Of a stretch of DNA of 64,000 nucleotides, positions 30,046 to 38,763 are shown one piece after another; the stretch's first letter is position 1, and each line of letters starts with the position of its first letter. The notes under the pieces were generated by a model that was not told the DNA's origin, did not search any database, and was given only the letters and a program-made list of their open reading frames with translations. The position numbers and the translations under genes are program-made. Where the stretch lies: NCBI GenBank assembly GCA_963706285.1, contig CAVPLU010000012.1, positions 1 to 64,000 of the forward strand. The letters run 5' to 3'. The DNA is from Candidatus Bathyarchaeota archaeon (GTDB taxonomy: Archaea; Thermoproteota; Bathyarchaeia; 40CM-2-53-6).

Positions 30046-31031
30046 TTGCAGACTAGCCTGCTTGAAATCCGCAGCCTCAAGACCTACTTCTTCACAGAAG
30101 CAGGCGTAGTCAAAGCTGTTGACAATGCAACCTTTGACGTGAAACCAAAGGAGACCGTCGGACTCGTCGGCGAATCTGGCTCCGGAAAGACCGTCACTGC
30201 ATTGTCGGCTCTGCGAATTGTTCCGACACCAGGCCGGATAGTGGCAGGCTCCATCACTTTTGAAGGAAGCGACGTGCTCGCGAAGAGCGAAGAGGAGATG
30301 CGAAAGCTAAGAGGCCCAAAGATGGCGATGGTCTTTCAAGATCCATCCTCTTCGTTGAACCCCTTGTACACTGTCGAAAAGCAGCTTTCCGATATTCTCA
30401 TGCTTCACCGCAAGCTGACGAAGAAAGAAGCCGCTCAAAGAGCCGAATACTTGCTTGAATTAGTCGGTATGCCTGAACCGAAGACACGACTCAAATGTCG
30501 TATCCTCACGAGCTCAGTGGAGGAATGAAGCAGCGAGTCGCTATCGCTCGTGCGTTATCGTGCGAGCCAACACTCCTCTTTGCCGACGAGCCTACCACAA
30601 ACTTGGACGTGACAGTACAGGCACAGGTACTCGAACTCATGAAGAAACTACAGCGAGACTTGGGTATGTCGATGGTGATGATCACTCACGATATGGGGAT
30701 AATTGCAGACATGACTGAGCGCGTGACCATCATGTATGCGGGAAGAGTCATGGAAGCAACCGAAACCAAAACGATATTTCATGAACCCAAACATCCCTAT
30801 ACAGAGGCTTTGCTAGCGGCTGTTCCCAGAGTAGATCAGAGAAAGATATTGGAAGTCATTCCGGGCAACATTCCGAACCTAATTGAACCCCCGGCTGGAT
30901 GTGTCTTCCATCCCAGATGCAAGTACGCGAAGCAGACGTGCATCGACAACGTGCCACCACTCGAGGAAGTTGGAGCCGGTCACTTGGCCGCATGCGTGCG
31001 ATGGAAAGAACTTCACCTCAAAGGTGTATGA
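30046..31031 (+). CDS. dppD: Peptide ABC transporter ATPase DppD/OppD, apparent frameshift near 30495
   Basis: GESGSGKT, FQDP, YPHELSGGMKQR, DEPT, C-terminal GC.FHPRC. Confidence 0.93.
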
Positions 31032-32029
31032 ACGTGCCCGAGCCACTTCTAGAGGTCAAAGCGCTAGTCAAGCATTTTGATGTAGTGCAACGCGGCGTCC
31101 TGAGGCGTAAGAGAACAGGCGTCGTGCACGCCGTTGATGGGATCGATTTCTACATCAACCACGGAGAGACACTTGCACTCGTAGGAGAAAGCGGATGCGG
31201 GAAGACAACGGCCGCAAAAGTCATACTTTACCTTGAGGAGCCCACCTCGGGCGACGTCAAGTTCGACGGGCTTGACTTGTTTCAAACATTCAGAACTGGC
31301 AACAGGACAACTCAGCTCAGACTCCGTCGAAATATGCAGATGGTCTTTCAGAACCCTTACGCGTCACTTGACCCTAGAATGACGATCTACGATATCATCA
31401 GTGAAGCATTTCTCGTGCATAAACACGTTCCAAAAGAAAAGTGGAGAGACCGTGTCTATGAGGTGCTCTCCATGGTGAACCTCGAAGAATACCATGCTGA
31501 GAGGTACCCACATGAATTCAGCGGTGGCCAACGTCAGCGCATATCCATTGCTCGCGCGTTGGCCGTGGAGCCGAGCTTCATCATATGTGATGAACCCGTC
31601 TCATCGCTTGATGTCTCGATACGCGCCCAGATCCTCAACCTGCTGTCAGATTTGCAGAAGCAGCATGGCATATCGTACCTGTACATATCACACGACCTCA
31701 GCTCAGTTCGACAAATCAGTCACAGAGTAGCAGTCATGTATCTCGGTCAGATCGTGGAACACGCAGACACTGACGATCTGTTCACGAAGAAACTGCACCC
31801 CTACACCCAGGCGCTTGTCGCTGCAGTTCCCATCCCCGACGTGGATAAGAAGACATTACGGATCATACTCCCCGGCGAAGTGCCAAGCCCCATCAATCCC
31901 CCCGAAGGATGCAGATTCCACCCACGTTGCCCGTACGCAACCGAACTATGCACACAGAAAGAGCCCCAGCTCGAAGAGTACTTGAAAGGCCACTTTGCAG
32001 CCTGCCACTATGCGACGAAGTTCATTTAG
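31028..32029 (+). CDS. dppF: Peptide ABC transporter ATPase DppF/OppF
   Basis: GESGCGKT, YPHEFSGGQRQR, DEPVSSLD, HPYT.AL, GCRFHPRC; ATG 31028 overlaps dppD stop. Confidence 0.95.
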   Translation: MNVPEPLLEVKALVKHFDVVQRGVLRRKRTGVVHAVDGIDFYINHGETLALVGESGCGKTTAAKVILYLEEPTSGDVKFDGLDLFQTFRTGNRTTQLRLRRNMQMVFQNPYASLDPRMTIYDIISEAFLVHKHVPKEKWRDRVYEVLSMVNLEEYHAERYPHEFSGGQRQRISIARALAVEPSFIICDEPVSSLDVSIRAQILNLLSDLQKQHGISYLYISHDLSSVRQISHRVAVMYLGQIVEHADTDDLFTKKLHPYTQALVAAVPIPDVDKKTLRIILPGEVPSPINPPEGCRFHPRCPYATELCTQKEPQLEEYLKGHFAACHYATKFI

Positions 32030-32085
32030 ACTGAGGGAGTAAGGCCACGTTCGGCCTGAGGAAACTCCGCGTCCTCGCGGCAATC

Positions 32086-32619
32086 TTGCTATCTCTCGGT
32101 ATAGGCGCACTTATTGTCGGCGTGATTCTTCCCGCCTTCAAGTCACAGCAGACTTTCACGGCTTCAGGCCCCCACGTCACGTTCACTCAAGAGAGAAACT
32201 ACTGGGTTGACTTCTATCTGATCCCGCCAATAGATCAGGGAACACCAATCATGCTTTCGCTAGTGAGCAGCAAGCCTGGGTCAACCTGGGTATTCCTCGC
32301 ACCTTTCGATCTGCAAACTGAATCAGTGTCAGGATCATCTGTCGTCAACGAGATGCTCGGTCCAAACGATACTGGGCTGGTAGTTTTCGGCAAGGCAACC
32401 AAATCGGCCGTGTACACGCTCAGAATCTCAAGCTGGAACAGCACATACTCCGTTCGAATAGAGTCGAGGTGGTCTCGTTTCTTTGATTTTCGCTATGGCA
32501 TAGTCCTGGGAGCAGCACTTGTTCCAGCCTCGCTCTTCCTCTTCTACTATGATGGAATAGTCGAGAAACGCGACCGAATGTACGAGAAAGCATTGAGAGA
32601 AGCTGGAGTAGGGACATAG
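32086..32619 (+). CDS. Hypothetical membrane protein (N- and C-terminal TM)
   Basis: Hydrophobic ends flanking a beta-rich segment; co-oriented with the dpp operon. Confidence 0.7.
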   Translation: MLSLGIGALIVGVILPAFKSQQTFTASGPHVTFTQERNYWVDFYLIPPIDQGTPIMLSLVSSKPGSTWVFLAPFDLQTESVSGSSVVNEMLGPNDTGLVVFGKATKSAVYTLRISSWNSTYSVRIESRWSRFFDFRYGIVLGAALVPASLFLFYYDGIVEKRDRMYEKALREAGVGT

Positions 32620-32996
32620 CCACGCTCCCCATAACACAATGCTTTGTTCGTGTGAATCAAAGTATGAAGAAATGCAATCCAATTTTCAAGCAGAGTCTGA
32701 AGTCAAGAACCATGCAACTGCCAATTGAAACTGATCTGCAACCGATGTAGACATTCGTCGTCAACCAAGCAAACGTCCCCGCTGACGGAGTAATGCGCCG
32801 AACGGCGGGCACATCACCTCGTTGTACTCGGCTTCCGACACCCTTTTGGCTGGACTAAGAAGTAAGCTGATTGGGGCGATGATGAGAGCTGGTATTGGAG
32901 ACGCATGTGATCGATGAAACCAGAACCGAGCCCCATCTTTGAGTGAACGAGACACTACATACGACAGGTTGCTTTGACTGAGAAGCATCACAACAA

Positions 32997-33125
32997 GAGG
33001 AACGCCTCAAAGGATACAACACCCTACTTTGGCGCATTCGAACGATTGGATTGAAGGCGATCATAGAAGGATGCGAGCGTGATCTCACTTTGCTGCGTCA
33101 GCTTGCGAAGATGATGCGGACCTAA
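32997..33125 (+). pseudogene. 5'-truncated copy of the small element-associated gene at 34139-34344
   Basis: Manual translation EERLKGYNTLLWRIRTIGLKAIIEGCERDLTLLRQL; in-frame TGA at 32979 upstream, no start codon. Confidence 0.7.
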
Positions 33126-34000
33126 GCTCGGCCAAAGTCTTCTCAAAATCAGCTAGAAGACGCTTCGCTCGTTCAGAGTCAGCCTCCAGCAATTCAACTG
33201 CGGGATTAGACCAACCTGCTCTTAGAGGGATCACCCCAAGGAGGCTTGTTGAACACGACAATGTATCTTCTTTCAAGTTCCTTCTCTAAGCCTGCAAATC
33301 GAACGTATATTGTGGGGGGAAACGAGAAACGCATTCGATCAAGCTCTTCTTGCTCCGTCGGATCAGATGTTTTGATGGTGACCGTTCTGTCTATTCCCTC
33401 TTTGGCATCAAAGAAGAAGGTGATGAGGGTAAATCTCTTGGAATCGTGACTCAGTAGCGAAAGGCGCTTAGTCGGTTCTCCGCTTTTTCCAGAATCGACT
33501 TCTGTTGTCTGATATTCTCGAAGGTCTAAGTTAACCCACTTGATTGGAGAAGCGTATCCTATGGCTACTTGCACTTCTAGGGCATCCACTTTCTTTTCGG
33601 ATGTTATGACTTCGAAATCGAACTTGTCTATGAAACTCTTCGGAAACCCGCTCACGTCGTGATGCTTATGAATGGAGACTTCAAGCTCAGGTTCAGTCTT
33701 TGGTTTTGCGCTTGATTCTGCTCCCTCTAGGAGGTCGCTTTCTGTCGCTGGACGACGAATGAGAGCGTAGTTCTCTCTAGTACACCATTGATCCAAGCGT
33801 GAAAACAAAAGCCGTTTTCTTTCAGATGCCACTTGTATTCTTAAGATCGGGAGAAGCAGTCGGTAGCTCCAACTACCGAACCAAAACGCCTTCTGCGTTT
33901 TAAGATTAATGATGAGTTTAACACGTGGAATATGGTGCAAATCTCTTCTCAAACCCAACTTTGTAACAAGAGGAAGGAAATAGTACCAAGAGTAGAACAA
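33085..34000 (-). CDS. Hypothetical cargo protein (33206-34000, possibly continuing by frameshift to 33085)
   Basis: 264-aa ORF plus overlapping short helical ORF; no motif recognised. Confidence 0.5.
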
Positions 34001-34138
34001 GCGCTTCTACATGCGCGAACGTTGTCTAGGGTCAAAGAGTTCTGATCGTCTGAGTAAGGCATGACCTTGGTTTGAGCCACGTGCTTTTTGATTATCGCTT
34101 GGGGCAGAATCGTGGTCGAAAACAGGACAAATGAACCC

Positions 34139-34344
34139 TCAAGCACGTGTCTTTCTGGTCTGTTCTTGGAGTTTTAGAAGCCTCTTGAGCGATGCGAGGT
34201 CATGTTCACACCCTACTATGATGGTTTCAGTCCTATCTTGCGTATGCGATGCAATAGCACGGTGTAGTCTTTGAGTCGTTCACCTTTCAGGTATGCTTCC
34301 AGGATGCGGCGTTCGGATGTGCCTAGTATCTCCTTTCGGACCAT
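34139..34344 (-). CDS. Small (~68 aa) basic protein divergent from transposase, 1-nt deletion near 34225; putative regulator
   Basis: Manual translation MVRKEILGTSERRILEAYLKGERLKDYTVLLHRIRKIGLK/TIIVGCEHDLASLKRLLKLQ; missed by ORF track. Confidence 0.65.
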
Positions 34345-34350
34345 GCGATC

Positions 34351-34400
34351 TACGACAATATTGTCGTAACCCTTATATTTACCTTACGCTACAATATTGT
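34351..34400. promoter_or_regulatory. Divergent promoter with twin palindromic operators
   Basis: Perfect 18-bp palindrome TACGACAATATTGTCGTA (34351-34368), TTATATTTA TATA-like box, second ACAATATTGT core (34391-34400). Confidence 0.7.
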
Positions 34401-34413
34401 GGTGTGGGTTGCG

Positions 34414-35591
34414 ATGCGGTTCCAGCAAGAACCTGACGAGGGTCGAGTAATGCGTGGTCAAACGATTCCAAGCGGGAAGTCAAATCAAACGGCTCGACCA
34501 TGACAGGTATGAAGTGGATTCTCAGTCAGGTCACGGTTTCTATATTCAGTTGCTAGACGGATGGCGTTTGGGATTGCAGTTGCCCAGACCACGTGTACCG
34601 AGACGCAAATGCAAGCACCTGTGGGCTGTCGAGTTTAGCCTCAAGCTCCGACATGACGTTAAGACAGAACGTGGTCATCCAGCCGTTAAGCCCAACATTT
34701 GTCCGTTCTGTGATTCAAGCGAGCTGGTTCAAGATGGACTACGCCATAACAAGAGCGGCGATCTTCAACGGTTCACTTGCCGATTGTGGAAAGCGGTACT
34801 CGCAGAACATGGGCTTCGAGCGAATGAAAGCATAACCGCAAGGAATCACAACGGCTATGCAGTTGTACTTCTCGGGTGAGAGCCTACGCAACGGCTAGAA
34901 CTTCCTACGACTGCTGGGTGTGGAGGTCAGCACACTACGGTCTAGAATTGGATTCACAAGTATGTAGGCCTAATGGAGAAGTATCTTGACAAGATCACGC
35001 CGCAGGTCTGATACTTGGCGAGCTGACGAACTGTACGTCAAGATTCAAGGGCGACATGAAGTACGTTTTCGCCATGATGGACGATGAAACCCGTTCTGGA
35101 TCGCCCAAGAAGTAGCTGACACAAAGGACACGCATGACGCAAGGCATCTATTCCAAATGGCAAGGGAACGTGCTGACAAGAAGCCGACCGTTCTCATCAC
35201 TGACGGTCTCCGTCGTATCACGATGCGTACATGAGAGAGTACCGCACGAACAAGAACGTGGATAGCACAGTTCACATTCGAGAAATCACGCTGACGGGAC
35301 ACCACAACAACAACAAGATGGAACGGCTGAACGGCGAGATCAGTGACCGAGAGAAAGTCATGCGCTCACTCAAGAAGTCCGACACCCCGATTCTGACGGG
35401 TATGCAACTTTTCCACAATTACGTCCGACCGCACGACGGGCTAGCGGGACGTACGCCGTCAGAACTTGCAGGAATCCAAGTCAACGGCGAGAACCGATGG
35501 TTAACACTCATCCAGAACGCCGGCAGTCACCCGCAAGTCGACAAGCGACACCGAAAACGCGAGAGACTTGTCCCATAGATGCAACAGAACC
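34414..35591 (+). mobile_element. Degenerate IS6-like DDE transposase with SWIM and Zn-ribbon domains, plus right terminal inverted repeat
   Basis: Fragments across frames: C.CPDH..CKHLWAV (SWIM), CPFC..DG.RHNK.G..QRF.C, WRADELYVK, MDDET, ITDGL, NN.MERLNGE, HNYVRPH..L.G.TP; end revcomp GGTTCTGTTGCA matches the IS6-family TIR; many indels. Confidence 0.82.
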
Positions 35592-35710
35592 AATTACCGC
35601 AATGTTTATTTTGATTCCGAAGGGTGACATCGAAAGACTCTGCTACCGGACCTCTGGAGCAAGCTACGGCTCGCAGCCAAGAAGGTACAGGTCATCTTGA
35701 GGAAAAGCGG

Positions 35711-36454
35711 ATGGGTTTACGAATACGCGTTCAGAGAAGAGGACGAGGCGGCACAGTATTCAGAGCGCACATCTATCGGAGAATCGCTCCCGCTTGTTAT
35801 CCTCCATTGACACCTGCAGACAATGCAGGTCGCGTGGACGGTACGATCGTCGACATCATGCATGATCCAGGCCGCGGGTCACCGTTAGCCTTTGTGCAGT
35901 TCTCAGACGGAAAGTCATGTTGCCTGAACGCTCCAGAAGGGATCTTAGTTAGCCAGACAGTCTCTCGGGGAGCCGAATCACCCCCTGAGATCGGCAACAT
36001 TCTTCCGGTAGGCAAGATACCTGAGGGAACAATGATCTGCAATATTGAGAGAGAACCAGGAGACGGCGGCAAGATAGCAAAAGCCTCAGGCAGCTACGCG
36101 ATGGTTGTCGCACACAGACCAGGCGGAACGGAACTGCGATTGCCCTCAGGGACTTCGGTCAATCTGACGAACAATTGCAGAGCCACCATCGGCGTTGTCA
36201 GTGGTTCAGGCCGTACTGAAAAGCCGTTCATGAAAGCTGGCGCGAGAAGAGCTTGGCTACTGCCAAAAGGAAGATTGTGGCCCATCACGAAGGGACAGGC
36301 CATGGTCGCCGCTGCGCACCCACACGGTGGCGGACGCCACAAACATGCTGGGAAGCCCACTACTGTATCGAGGAATACTCCTCCGGGACGAAAGGTAGGG
36401 CTAATAGCAGCGCGGCAGAGTGGACGGTCAAAGAGGAAGATCCGAACGGAGTAG
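35711..36454 (+). CDS. rpl2: 50S ribosomal protein L2
   Basis: QRRGRG, HDPGRGSPLA, IPEGT.ICNIE..PGDGG, HPHGGG, PPGRKVG.IAAR. Confidence 0.97.
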   Translation: MGLRIRVQRRGRGGTVFRAHIYRRIAPACYPPLTPADNAGRVDGTIVDIMHDPGRGSPLAFVQFSDGKSCCLNAPEGILVSQTVSRGAESPPEIGNILPVGKIPEGTMICNIEREPGDGGKIAKASGSYAMVVAHRPGGTELRLPSGTSVNLTNNCRATIGVVSGSGRTEKPFMKAGARRAWLLPKGRLWPITKGQAMVAAAHPHGGGRHKHAGKPTTVSRNTPPGRKVGLIAARQSGRSKRKIRTE

Positions 36455-36461
36455 ATTCGAA

Positions 36462-36855
36462 TTGACGCTACTTGATCCCACTTGCCAATGCACTCTCTAC
36501 GATCAGCAACAACGAACGCAGGCACAAACGTGAGTGTCTCGTCTGGCCCGCATCGAAACTAATGGGGCAGGTGCTGCGGGTGATGCAGAAGAACGGTTAC
36601 CTTGGAGAATTCGAGTACATCGATGATGGACGATCCGGCAAGTTCCGAGTCCAGCTTCTTGGGCGCATCAATAGTTGTGCTGTCGTGAAGCCTCGCTATT
36701 CCGTGAAGTCAAGTCGCATAGAGGATTGGGAGAAGAGGTTCCTACCCTCAAAGGAAGTGGGGTTGCTGATCATGAGCAGCCCGGGCGAAGTAATATCACA
36801 ACGCGACGCAAAGGAACGCAAGGTCGGCGGCAGACTACTTGCCTACGTATACTAA
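36462..36855 (+). CDS. rps8: 30S ribosomal protein S8; extra C near 36478 shifts the N-terminus
   Basis: TTG 36462 gives MTLLDP/LANAL; GY.GEFEYIDDGR.G, IN.C..VKPR, GGRLLAYVY. Confidence 0.95.
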
Positions 36856-36879
36856 TTGATTGACGAGAGTGAATCAAGA

Positions 36880-37476
36880 ATGGTCAGAGACTCACGATAC
36901 AATCTCGCGTATCGAAGAAGAAGGAGCACAAAGACCGACTATGGAAAGAGAAAGCGACTTGTTCTATCGGGCCTGCCACGATTAGTCGTGCGACCTGCAA
37001 ACAAGCACATCACGGTTCAAGTGATTGAAGCCACAGCGACGGGCGATCTGGTCCTCGCCTCTGCACACTCATCCGAGCTTAAGAAATACACGTGGAAAGG
37101 AACTGGAGGAAATGTTCCTGCCGCGTACCTTACCGGACGCTTGGCTGCCTATAGGGCCAAAGCAAAAGGGATCGAGAAGGCTGTACTGGATGTGGGAACA
37201 AAACGTGTTAGCACCGGATCGCGGCTGTATGCTGCATTGAGCGGAGCCGTGGATTCCGGGATGGAGATTCCTCACGGTGAGAAAACAATCCTTCCTAAGG
37301 AACGCTTACGAGGGGAACATATAGCAGCATACGGCAAACTGCTCTCCGAGAAACCAGACCTGTACCAGAAACGTTTCTCCGCCTATTTGAAACAAAAACT
37401 CAAACCCGAAGAGGTCCCAGCACATTTTGACGAAGTCAGCGACAAGATGGCGCATTCGTTCGAGAAGAAGGCGTAA
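36880..37476 (+). CDS. rpl18: 50S ribosomal protein L18
   Basis: RRRR..KTDY..R..L, RLVVR, N.PAAYLTG, GA.D.G.EIPH, RLRGEHIA.Y. Confidence 0.96.
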   Translation: MVRDSRYNLAYRRRRSTKTDYGKRKRLVLSGLPRLVVRPANKHITVQVIEATATGDLVLASAHSSELKKYTWKGTGGNVPAAYLTGRLAAYRAKAKGIEKAVLDVGTKRVSTGSRLYAALSGAVDSGMEIPHGEKTILPKERLRGEHIAAYGKLLSEKPDLYQKRFSAYLKQKLKPEEVPAHFDEVSDKMAHSFEKKA

Positions 37477-37482
37477 AGATAG

Positions 37483-38113
37483 TTGAGCAAGAAAGCCAAA
37501 ACAACACATCCGGCTCATGTGAAGAAAGCGGAAAAGACCCCAAAGAAACGAGCGAAGCCTCAACTCGCCGCCGCCGAAGGTAGCGCCTCCACCAAAACCA
37601 GTCGAGATAGCACCTAAGCAAGAGCAGGAGCCGGTCGAACACTACCTTGTTGCGATACGCCTTGATGGCAGCCCAACCGTGCGACATCCAGAAGAATTGA
37701 CAATGAATGCCCTCAGGATGAAGAGTAGGTTCAGTGCTGTGCTGCTTCAAGACAACCCGTCAGTGAGGGGTATGCTTCGACGCATCAAAGACCACGTGAC
37801 CTGGGCCGAGGCCAAGAAGGAGGATATCGCGACGCTATTGTCAAACAGAGCCATGACGACAGAGGGTCTCGGAGTCACATCCGATTTTCTGAAGAAGAAC
37901 GCTGGCCTTGCAGGACTAGAGGAAGTAGTCTCCAGTCTCTACTCGGGCAAGCTCACGCTTGCGAAGCTATGGGAAATGGGAATCGCACCGTATTTCCGGC
38001 TTCACCCGCCAAGAGGCGGTTTCCCAAAGAGTTCAAAGCGTCCGTTCACAGATAGCGGCGAACTTGGCTTCAGGAAGGAAGGGTTGCACCGCTTACTGGC
38101 CAAGATGTGCTGA
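37483..38113 (+). CDS. rpl30: 50S ribosomal protein L30 with K/P-rich N-terminal extension (apparent +1 frameshift near 37560)
   Basis: YLVAIRL.G, GML..IKDHVTW.E, FRLHPPRGG, GELG.R; in-frame sequence extends upstream of the called GTG. Confidence 0.88.
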
Positions 38114-38145
38114 TCGGCCGGACCAGCAGTGCGGACGACGACCCA

Positions 38146-38692
38146 CTAATCTTTCACTAGGGATTTTATGGGACAATAGGTTTCTGTATCCAGAATATCC
38201 TTGATTTTCACGATATCTTCTGTTACTATCCGCGCGACTCTTTCTGAGACGGACGGGACAATTCCCTTCTCGAACTCCAGCACGGCAAGGACATCATGTT
38301 TTCCTAGAAGAAGGTGCGATTCCACGACATCGTTGTACTTCATGATCTCACTCATTACTGCCTGATTCTTACCCATCTTGGTATCTATGAATACGAATGC
38401 ATAGGCTCGACGTTCTGGACGAACTAGATGCGACTCTCGCATCCTTGACATTGCCGGCACGATCGTGCTGGTATCCCTGACAAGCGCCATCCTTCGTATC
38501 TTCCCAGTTACAAGGTCGAGCATTCGTTCTCTCGGGTCCACAGGTTCCTCCTCGAAAGCCATCGTTGCCATAATATCCCAAGTCCCAGCAAGAAGGTGAG
38601 TCTCTTTGACTTGCTGGAGTTTCATCAGACGTTGCATGAGCAGCATCTTCCTTACCCGTTTGTGCTCGAACGAGCTCGAACGCCTTGACCAT
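38146..38692 (-). CDS. Tandem Lrp/AsnC ligand-binding (RAM) domain protein without HTH; +1 frameshift near 38646
   Basis: Two repeats AF.....GK...E.HLL.G..D......I....DT.T. Confidence 0.8.
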
Positions 38693-38763
38693 TCGCGGCA
38701 AAATCATCACTACGGTCTCAGAGCATGGTGTTGCAGCATATATGCTGGTTTCCCGTTTCGAAA

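Noticed and set aside
30486-30501. Hairpin ACGAC/GTCGT at the dppD frameshift as a second intron
   Set aside because: No BHB geometry, and the family alignment needs only 2 nt removed (RLKSYPHE).
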